This document shows, piece after piece, positions 19,534 through 25,686 of a stretch of 25,686 bases of DNA (its first letter is position 1; each line of letters opens with the position of its first letter). The position numbers and the translations under genes were made by a program. Source of the DNA: a virus (lineage: Duplodnaviria; Caudoviricetes); the IMG/VR virus record IMGVR_UViG_3300005239_000041, positions 1-25,686 of that record. One strand, 5' to 3'. Below the pieces are notes generated by a model that saw nothing but the letters and a program-made list of their open reading frames with translations, was not told the origin of the DNA and ran no database searches.

Positions 19534-20243
19534 AAAAAAGATGCTAACCCTTCCAGAACGACTTCACTTTCTACCTTAGTATTTGGATTTTCGACCTTCA
19601 AAGTATGAGTCAATTTTGGCATAGATGCAAAAAACTTTTCAACTTTAGAGAATTGTGATGATGTCAAATTACCAATAAATTCATCTAATTCTTTTTTAGT
19701 ACAATCTGAAGTATTCCAAGATTCTTCTTCAGAATAAATCTGATCAATGCAGTTTGCAATAATATCAAATCCTTGATCAACATTAATATCTTCACCATTG
19801 AAGTTTGTTTTTACAAACTCATTTAATGATGGATACTTCATTCTTAGTGTAAGTTCATCATCTAACTGAATGTCCTTTTTATGATCCTTTTCATTAGTCA
19901 CTTTGATATCATCAATGTTGATTTGAACCTCAACTTGAGTTTCCCCATCATCTGGGCAAGTGACAATTACATCAATAAGTTCTCCAACAGATTTTGCACG
20001 AACATTTAAGAATAGATATTCAATATCAAAAGTAGAAAGATTTTCTACTTTCACACCTCTAGAAAGAATACATGCAGCGAGAACATTTTTCACTGCGGTT
20101 GTAATTTGTTTCATATCTTGACTCTCTAGAGCCATAATAAGAACTTTTTCTTCTTTTACTAAAAATGGGCGATATTTAATTTTTTTCTCAATGGATGGCA
20201 ACTCAAGTTCATAAACAGGAGTGTTAGACTTTGGTAAAGGCAT
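19527..20243 (-). CDS. gp26: Baseplate hub subunit / assembly chaperone, annotated gp26 in cyanophages (238 aa)
   Basis: MPLPK..TPVYELELPS..KKIKYRPFLVKEEKVL...FDIEYLFLNVRAKSVGE...CPDD...LEGLASFF. Confidence 0.88.
   Translation of the reverse strand: MPLPKSNTPVYELELPSIEKKIKYRPFLVKEEKVLIMALESQDMKQITTAVKNVLAACILSRGVKVENLSTFDIEYLFLNVRAKSVGELIDVIVTCPDDGETQVEVQINIDDIKVTNEKDHKKDIQLDDELTLRMKYPSLNEFVKTNFNGEDINVDQGFDIIANCIDQIYSEEESWNTSDCTKKELDEFIGNLTSSQFSKVEKFFASMPKLTHTLKVENPNTKVESEVVLEGLASFFA
19533..19539 (-). other. Candidate -1 programmed ribosomal frameshift heptamer T-TTT-TTC
   Basis: gp26 ends TCT TTT TTC GCA TAG; the -1 frame continues TTT TTT CGC ATA GCC... into gp51. Confidence 0.7.
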
Positions 20244-20271
20244 AATGTATTGAAATAATCTAGGTTTTTTT

Positions 20272-20278
20272 TATTTAG
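20272..20278 (-). promoter_or_regulatory. Late promoter CTAAATA for gp26
   Basis: Intergenic, 28 nt upstream of the ATG at 20243. Confidence 0.7.
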
Positions 20279-20282
20279 TAGG

Positions 20283-21206
20283 TCAACCGATAACTGATCC
20301 ATCTCCCAAACCAGGAGTACCAATAAAACTAATTTTATCAGAACCTTTTCCAACGGTGGGATTCCATTTACCTTTTAGTGCAATGAAATCATCAATAAAG
20401 TTTTGAGTAATTTTTGCATTAGTCTCGCCATTATATGAAGAGAAATACTTTGATAATTTAGAATTGTATTCACCAGTATCGTTTTGAGTGGCGGCCGAAT
20501 ATGCATTTGCTTTACTAAATGCATCACCAAGATTTGTGTTTCCTGAGTTGAAATTAAATGGATATGGTGCTTTAGTACTGTCTGCAGCCGCTGTCATGTA
20601 ATGTCTTTCATAATTAAAATCAATACTAATTCTTAAAATAGAGTTTTGACTTTCATATCCTATAGGAGTAGATGTAATCGAAACAGGAAATAATCCAACA
20701 AAACTATATGCAACTGCTGCTTTATAATCTCGATCAAATTTATAAATTCTCATACTATCACACTTATATCCAGTAGTACCTCTTGGATATCTCATTCTAT
20801 AAAAGTATCCAGGATTCTTTGGATTTGCAGATGCACTATTATTTGGGATGCCATTACCACCAGTGATATATGCCATCCAAGATTCAAAAAATCTTAGAAC
20901 TTGATATTGACTATCACAATAAAAACTTAAATTTATGTTATTAAATATTTTGGTGTGTGCATACTGTTGTTGTACACCAGTGAAATTACCTTCAATAGTT
21001 GTAGTTGCTACACTAGATCCAGGTAAAACAGCATTGTAACATAACAGTCCAGCAGTGTTATTATAAAAACTTTTCAGGACTCCATTTTCAGCAAAATTTT
21101 GCTTCATGCCAAACGGAAAATCATGAAATTGTACCTCATAGTGAGATGACTGAGCCAAATCACTGAAAGTATTTTTGATATCTGAAATTTTTTTTGGTCC
21201 TGGCAC
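20283..21206 (-). CDS. Tail-tube-like / baseplate tube initiator (gp54/gp19 family, 307 aa)
   Basis: LLCYNAVLPGSSVAT...LSFYCD...LRFFESWM.YI...YSFVGLFPVSITSTPIGY...ILRISIDFNYE tube-fold pattern; GTG start; divergent from gp4. Confidence 0.72.
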   Translation of the reverse strand: MPGPKKISDIKNTFSDLAQSSHYEVQFHDFPFGMKQNFAENGVLKSFYNNTAGLLCYNAVLPGSSVATTTIEGNFTGVQQQYAHTKIFNNINLSFYCDSQYQVLRFFESWMAYITGGNGIPNNSASANPKNPGYFYRMRYPRGTTGYKCDSMRIYKFDRDYKAAVAYSFVGLFPVSITSTPIGYESQNSILRISIDFNYERHYMTAAADSTKAPYPFNFNSGNTNLGDAFSKANAYSAATQNDTGEYNSKLSKYFSSYNGETNAKITQNFIDDFIALKGKWNPTVGKGSDKISFIGTPGLGDGSVIG

Positions 21207-21207
21207 T

Positions 21208-21214
21208 CTAAATA
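21208..21214 (+). promoter_or_regulatory. Late promoter CTAAATA for gp4
   Basis: 21 nt upstream of the ATG at 21236. Confidence 0.7.
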
Positions 21215-21235
21215 CCTATAGTGAAATTTTTATAA

Positions 21236-21673
21236 ATGGCGTATAAAGGTAAATTTATTCCCACAAATACAAAAAAGTATAGAGGGAATCCAACTAACAT
21301 TATTTATAGGTCTCTTTGGGAAAGAAAGTTTATGGTCTATTGTGACCTTAACGAAAACATTCTTGAGTGGGGTAGTGAAGAAATAATCATTCCATATAGA
21401 TCACCATTAGATTCGAGAGTACATCGTTACTTTCCAGACTTTTATATTAAGGTTCTTGAAAAGAATGGAAGTGTTAAGAGATATATTATTGAAATTAAAC
21501 CCAAGAGACAATGCCAAGAACCAAAAGTTCAGAGCAAAAAAACTAAAAAATACATTTATGAAGTAACTGAATACGCCAAAAATCAAGCAAAATGGGAGGC
21601 TGCAACAGATTATTGTGCAGATCGTAGGTGGCAATTTAAAGTTCTTACTGAAGATGATCTAGGTATTAAGTAA
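21236..21673 (+). CDS. gp4: Head completion protein gp4 (TnsA-like nuclease fold)
   Basis: YKGKF.P.N..KY.GNPTNIIYRSLWERKFM..CD...WGSEE..IPY.SP.D.RVHRYFPDF...EIKP...NQAKW. Confidence 0.93.
   Translation: MAYKGKFIPTNTKKYRGNPTNIIYRSLWERKFMVYCDLNENILEWGSEEIIIPYRSPLDSRVHRYFPDFYIKVLEKNGSVKRYIIEIKPKRQCQEPKVQSKKTKKYIYEVTEYAKNQAKWEAATDYCADRRWQFKVLTEDDLGIK
21301..21308 (-). promoter_or_regulatory. Late promoter TATAAATA inside gp4 (antisense), serving the gp54-like gene
   Basis: Plus-strand tatttata; exact T4 late consensus about 95 nt upstream of the GTG at 21206. Confidence 0.55.
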
Positions 21674-22062
21674 TGCCAAGAAAAAAACTCAAACAAACAA
21701 AAAAATTATCCAGTAGAATTCAACCACTGATTGACAAATTAACTGGAGTCGAAGATCCAGATGATTTAATGATGGAGATCATGGAGGTTCTACCAGAAAC
21801 AATTGATTCGACAGAAGTTGAAGTTGGAAACTTCTGCACTTTTGTTTATCAACCAAAAACTCCTTTTATTCGATATGATCAAAACCCTCTGGTTGCAGTT
21901 GTTGCAAAGTATAACTGGGGATTCCGTGGAATTAATTATCATTGGGGAAGTTATAGAAACTATACTAATGAAGAAGTTATTGGTTCTGTTCACTTAGTAA
22001 ACTCTTCAGAAGTATCAGATCTAAGAACAATACCATATCAAAATTATCGACTAAATATTTAA
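21673..22062 (+). CDS. Short gp2-like DNA end protector protein
   Basis: FCTFVYQPKTP..RYDQNPLV...GFRGINYHW resembles the gp2 core; position after gp4. Confidence 0.65.
   Translation: MPRKKLKQTKKLSSRIQPLIDKLTGVEDPDDLMMEIMEVLPETIDSTEVEVGNFCTFVYQPKTPFIRYDQNPLVAVVAKYNWGFRGINYHWGSYRNYTNEEVIGSVHLVNSSEVSDLRTIPYQNYRLNI
22051..22057 (+). promoter_or_regulatory. Late promoter CTAAATA for gp48
   Basis: Overlaps the last codons of the upstream gene; 22 nt before the ATG at 22080. Confidence 0.7.
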
Positions 22063-22079
22063 AACAGGGTCTATCTCTA

Positions 22080-22967
22080 ATGCCAACTGCAAGCAAGAAA
22101 TCAAAACTAGCCCCTTTTAGATATCCGACAACAGTTCTTGATGACTATTCGGATTATCTTTCGATGTCAATTCGTACTTATAAACCGAATAATAAATTTC
22201 AAAATGAGAGCACCGCACTAAAGTTATTTGGTCAAGGTTTAAGTAATCAAGTAGGAAAAACAAAAGCAAATATAATTTTACCAGTACCAACATCAATAAC
22301 AGCATCAAATGGTGTTACATGGAACGGTGCCACAATGAATGCTATAGAAGATATAGCAATGAGAGCTGGACCGCAACTTATGGAAGGCAAACCAGGTGCT
22401 GCTATGGATACAGTTACAGATGGTCTTAGAGGTATTGGAGCAAGTGATGATGTAATTAGAGCCGCACAGGCAGGATTTACCGCAAAAATTCTCCAAGCGT
22501 TTGGAAGTAATGTTACCTTTGGACAAGCTCTAGCAAGAACAACAGGTCAAGTTTTGAATCCAAACTTAGAGTTGCTATTTAATGGACCTGGTTTAAGATC
22601 ATTTAGTTTTGCATATCAATTAACACCAAGAGATGCTAATGAAGCAAATCAAATTAAGTTTATTCTTAGGATCTTGAAAAAAAGCATGTCCCCAAAGAGA
22701 TCTCCAAGTAGTTCTGCTTTTCTTTGTTCTCCCGATATATTTCATCTTAATTTTAAAAAGGGATCTGGAGAGCACCCATACTTAAATAGATTCAAACCAA
22801 TGGCAATGACAAATTGCAGTGTAAACTATACTGGAACTGGTACATATGCAACTTATGATGATGGATCCCCAGTTGTATACACTCTATCAATGACATTCCA
22901 AGAGTTGTCACCAGTTTATGACCAAGATTATGATACAGATCAAGGACTAATCGGAGCTGGATTCTAA
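22080..22967 (+). CDS. gp48: Baseplate tail-tube cap gp48
   Basis: GQVLNPNLELLFNGPGLRSFSFAYQLTPRD..EA..IK.I...K..M.P...SVNYT...YATY.DGSP...L.MTFQEL.P. Confidence 0.88.
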   Translation: MPTASKKSKLAPFRYPTTVLDDYSDYLSMSIRTYKPNNKFQNESTALKLFGQGLSNQVGKTKANIILPVPTSITASNGVTWNGATMNAIEDIAMRAGPQLMEGKPGAAMDTVTDGLRGIGASDDVIRAAQAGFTAKILQAFGSNVTFGQALARTTGQVLNPNLELLFNGPGLRSFSFAYQLTPRDANEANQIKFILRILKKSMSPKRSPSSSAFLCSPDIFHLNFKKGSGEHPYLNRFKPMAMTNCSVNYTGTGTYATYDDGSPVVYTLSMTFQELSPVYDQDYDTDQGLIGAGF

Positions 22968-23611
22968 TGGCATATTTCACTGAGTTACCAAACGTAAGTT
23001 ATCCATCACCACTATCAGATAGAACTTCTGATAGACAACATGTAACGATTAAAAATCTTTTTAGAAGAGTCAAATTAAGAGACGATCTACGTTCAACATT
23101 AGAAGCGTTTGATAATTACGAAATTAGTGATGGGGAAAGACCCGACATTGTTGCTGAAGAGTTTTATGGAAATGCAGAATTAGATTGGTTGGTTCTAGTT
23201 TCAAATAATATTACTAACATTCATAATGAGTGGCCTTTATCTGATGCACAACTATACAATTTTGTTGTTGACAAATATGGTGTACAACTTATAAATCAAT
23301 TTTCTTTTTATGAAACAACTGAAGTGAAAGATGATGAAGGTAGATTAATTTACCCTGAAGGAATCAGAGTTGATTCTGATTTTACTATCGATGATCCAAG
23401 TGAGAGTGATTCAACATTAAATCCTGTTAGGGGAATTACATACTACGAAGAAGAAGTTCGTTTGAATAATAATAAAAGATCTATTCAATTACTGAGACCA
23501 TCTTACGTCACTCAAGCCATCCTAGATTTAAGGGAGGAACTATCTTACGACAGATCCTCCCAGAAGGTAAATAATAAATTAATTAAGGCAGATAATATTA
23601 GACTGAAGTAA
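22967..23611 (+). CDS. gp53: Baseplate wedge subunit gp53
   Basis: YFTELPNVSY...KNLFRRVKLR...Y.I.DGERPDIVA..FYG..ELDWLVL..NNI......WP. Confidence 0.92.
   Translation: MAYFTELPNVSYPSPLSDRTSDRQHVTIKNLFRRVKLRDDLRSTLEAFDNYEISDGERPDIVAEEFYGNAELDWLVLVSNNITNIHNEWPLSDAQLYNFVVDKYGVQLINQFSFYETTEVKDDEGRLIYPEGIRVDSDFTIDDPSESDSTLNPVRGITYYEEEVRLNNNKRSIQLLRPSYVTQAILDLREELSYDRSSQKVNNKLIKADNIRLK
23532..23561 (-). terminator. GC-rich hairpin with GNRA tetraloop downstream of gp32, within the gp53 antisense
   Basis: Minus strand GGGAGGATCTGTC-GTAA-GATAGTTCCTCCC: 13-position stem with one T-T mismatch and one G-T pair. Weak U-tract (TTAAAT). Confidence 0.6.
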
Positions 23612-24535
23612 TCATCCGTCTGCGAGTCGTTGGAAGTAACTCAGAGTATCATCTTCTTCATCAGCATTATTAGAAGAAAGATCGGTCAGTTCTTCTTTCA
23701 TTGACTGAGGAACTGAAGGTGCTGGTTCTGCACGATTCTCACTACGGAATTGTTGTTCTTCTTCAACAGTCTCTTGATCTTGGAAACGAGGAGTACCTTT
23801 GATTCCAAGAACATAATCTAGACGAGTCCTGAGCTCATCATAGGACTTGAACTGATCAGGAGCAACAATGGCAGTCAATGAATACTCTTTCTTCCATAGT
23901 TCTTCCATAGCATCATCATCGTCCAGAAGAGGTTCTTGACGTGCGAACTCAGAAGAGTCATAGTTCCAATAACCAGCAACCTTCTTGATCTTCAGTTTAA
24001 AGTTGGCACCTTGCCAGAAGTCAAAAGGATTGATTGGTTCTTCATCTTCAAACTCAGGTTGCATTGCAGCAGTGATCTTATCAAAGATCTTCTTACCAAA
24101 CTTGAATAGAAATACTTTACCTTCGTTATCAGGATTGACTGGATCCTTGACAACATAGATGTTACTATAATATGACAGTTTACGCTTTTGCTTACGAGCA
24201 ATATCTTTATCAGACTCTAGGCCACTATTCCAAAGTTGAGAGTTGTGTTCAGATACTGGATCCTTTTGACCGAGAGTGGTAAGAGAGTTCTCAATGAACC
24301 AACCACCAGTACCTTGGAATGCGTGAGTGTATAGCTTTGCCCATGGTAGATCTTCACCATCGGGAGCAGGAAGGAAACGAATAACGGCATAACCGTTACC
24401 TGTTTTGTCTAGTTGTGGTTTCCAGAGACGATCGTCTCCTGAAGAACCAGTTTTGTTCATCTTCTCAATCTCTTTGGTGAGTTTGGAAGTCAATGAACCA
24501 AGGGATGATTTTTTCTTTAGATCGGAAAAGGACAT
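23612..24535 (-). CDS. gp32: Single-stranded DNA-binding protein gp32
   Basis: DDRLWKP.LDKTGNGYAVIRFLP...HAFQG.GGW.IENSLTT...KRKLSYYSNIYVVKDP...FGKKIFDKI...GANFKLKI; acidic C-terminus. Confidence 0.97.
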   Translation of the reverse strand: MSFSDLKKKSSLGSLTSKLTKEIEKMNKTGSSGDDRLWKPQLDKTGNGYAVIRFLPAPDGEDLPWAKLYTHAFQGTGGWFIENSLTTLGQKDPVSEHNSQLWNSGLESDKDIARKQKRKLSYYSNIYVVKDPVNPDNEGKVFLFKFGKKIFDKITAAMQPEFEDEEPINPFDFWQGANFKLKIKKVAGYWNYDSSEFARQEPLLDDDDAMEELWKKEYSLTAIVAPDQFKSYDELRTRLDYVLGIKGTPRFQDQETVEEEQQFRSENRAEPAPSVPQSMKEELTDLSSNNADEEDDTLSYFQRLADG

Positions 24536-24559
24536 TGGATTTGGCTTGTGTACGTTTAG

Positions 24560-24588
24560 ATTATAGGATGGGTTGAGTCAGGTGTCAA
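24560..24588 (-). promoter_or_regulatory. sigma70-type early promoter TTGACA-N17-TATAAT for gp32
   Basis: TTGACA 24588-24583, 17-nt spacer, TATAAT 24565-24560. Confidence 0.9.
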
Positions 24589-24907
24589 GTTCTTTCTTCG
24601 CTTGTTCTAGGTATCGATGCATTTCGCTAAAGACGACATGAACGTCCGTCCCTTCAAAACCCATAACTTTCACGAATTGTTCAATTTGTTCTCTGCGTTC
24701 AATTGCTGCTGGATCGTCACTTAATGACATACGAGTATACATTATTTTTTGGGCTTCGATTAACTCCTCCATTTTTTCAAGATGTTCTCTTTTGTCATCA
24801 TAATCGAAACCACTATAATTAAACACACCATCAAACACCTCAGATTGAAGGCGTTCGATGTTATCCAGTCCTTCTCGGACAAATTCAGAATTCATAAAAT
24901 CGCTCAT
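24578..24907 (-). CDS. DUF1825-like hypothetical protein (109 aa; start revised to ATG 24907)
   Basis: MSDFMNSEFV...LIEAQKIMYTRMSLSDDPAA. The ORF-track start at 24991 overlaps gp33. Confidence 0.75.
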   Translation of the reverse strand: MSDFMNSEFVREGLDNIERLQSEVFDGVFNYSGFDYDDKREHLEKMEELIEAQKIMYTRMSLSDDPAAIERREQIEQFVKVMGFEGTDVHVVFSEMHRYLEQAKKELDT

Positions 24908-24930
24908 TTTATACCTCGACCCTGCTCTAT

Positions 24931-25185
24931 TTAGATAGGCAATTTTGCTTTTGATGTCTTCTTCATAAAGTTCAAACGAATTGCATCCCACTTCAATTTT
25001 TCTTTTAGTGGCTTGGTAATTAGTTTTGAAATTGTATCAACTTCAATGTTATTTTTCTCACAAAAAAATACAATTGCGTCGATATAATTAATCTTTTCCT
25101 TAAGAACAATCTGTTCAATCTCTTGGCAGAATTTTTCAGAAGTAATGAATTTTTTTTCTAACTCTTTTTTTAATTCATTTTTCAT
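24931..25185 (-). CDS. gp33: Late-transcription coactivator gp33 (84 aa; start revised to ATG 25185)
   Basis: KF..EIE.IV....INYIDAIV.FCE.N.IEVD.I.KLI.KPLKEKLK.DA..LNFMK.T.KAKLP. Confidence 0.9.
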   Translation of the reverse strand: MKNELKKELEKKFITSEKFCQEIEQIVLKEKINYIDAIVFFCEKNNIEVDTISKLITKPLKEKLKWDAIRLNFMKKTSKAKLPI

Positions 25186-25684
25186 TGTATCTCCGTAGAT
25201 ATTCACCCAACATATGGATGTATTTGGATTTGTCATATTCTTCATAAATTTCGCATTCCCCATTTTCGCATGACATGATAATTACAAACTTCTTCACTAT
25301 TATACCAGTAAGTTCATATAACATGCAAGCATATGCAGCACATTGTACAAAGTATCCATCCACCCAATTTCTTGGTTTTGGTTGCTTACTTGTCTTAAAG
25401 TCAATAATCGCTAACTCACCGTTATACTCAGCGATACAATCTACTGTTCCAGCGACTTTAAGATTCATACTATATAGTCTCTTTTCAAGACCATGAATAT
25501 TGTCGATATTGTTTAGATATGGTTTTGCAACCTTAAACAACATCTCTGGAAGTGGATTTACTTTTGGAAGAGATTCATTTTTTAGATAATGTTCAGTCAA
25601 AGTGTGCATATCAGTGCCACGACTGGATGATTTTCTAAGAATTTCGTTTGCTACCTCATTACCAACTTTTTTTCTCCACTTAGC
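25175..25684 (-). CDS. PD-(D/E)XK (Cas4/RecB-like) exonuclease, 5'-truncated
   Basis: Frame open to the window end (AKWRKKVGNE...RGTDMH); motifs AGTVDCIAEY.G.LAIIDFKTS and YFVQC.AYA. Confidence 0.88.
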   Translation of the reverse strand, partial: AKWRKKVGNEVANEILRKSSSRGTDMHTLTEHYLKNESLPKVNPLPEMLFKVAKPYLNNIDNIHGLEKRLYSMNLKVAGTVDCIAEYNGELAIIDFKTSKQPKPRNWVDGYFVQCAAYACMLYELTGIIVKKFVIIMSCENGECEIYEEYDKSKYIHMLGEYLRRYNEK

Positions 25685-25686
25685 AA

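Noticed and set aside
21236-21673. TnsA-like nuclease as a sign of a transposon
   Set aside because: It is the core T4 gp4 head completion protein in its usual context.
24908-25263. ORF-track upstream starts for gp33 (25263) and DUF1825 (24991)
   Set aside because: The extensions overlap upstream genes; the recognisable protein sequences begin at 25185 and 24907.
25175-25686. Cas4-like nuclease as part of a CRISPR system
   Set aside because: Common stand-alone cyanophage exonuclease next to gp33; no array or other cas genes in the window.

Overview
AT-rich segment of a T4-like cyanophage (cyanomyovirus). It holds the tail-fibre/baseplate module on the minus strand: two large fibre genes, gp5-like and gp27-like hub genes, two paralogous tape-measure-like genes, gp26/gp51 and a gp54-like tube gene. 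It also has a plus-strand gp4-gp2-gp48-gp53 block and, at the right end, exonuclease-gp33-DUF1825-gp32. Embedded in this are the auxiliary metabolic gene cp12, two tandem tRNAs (UAU and CAU anticodons), three perfect TTGACA-N17-TATAAT early promoters and several (C/A)TAAATA late promoters. The most notable observation is that the 'gp26' ORF ends in an in-phase T-TTT-TTC slippery heptamer whose -1 frame runs directly into the small 'gp51' ORF, between a tube-like gene and a tape-measure-like gene. This looks like a lambda G/GT or P2 E/E' programmed-frameshift tail chaperone in a T4-like phage. Other points: a hairpin overlapping a late promoter that could insulate the fibre gene from an early tRNA operon, a 17x His-x-His fibre needle, and a 47-bp in-frame repeat shared by two adjacent genes. 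Five other reading-frame breaks look like sequencing indels. All protein calls come from motif recognition and synteny, not database searches.
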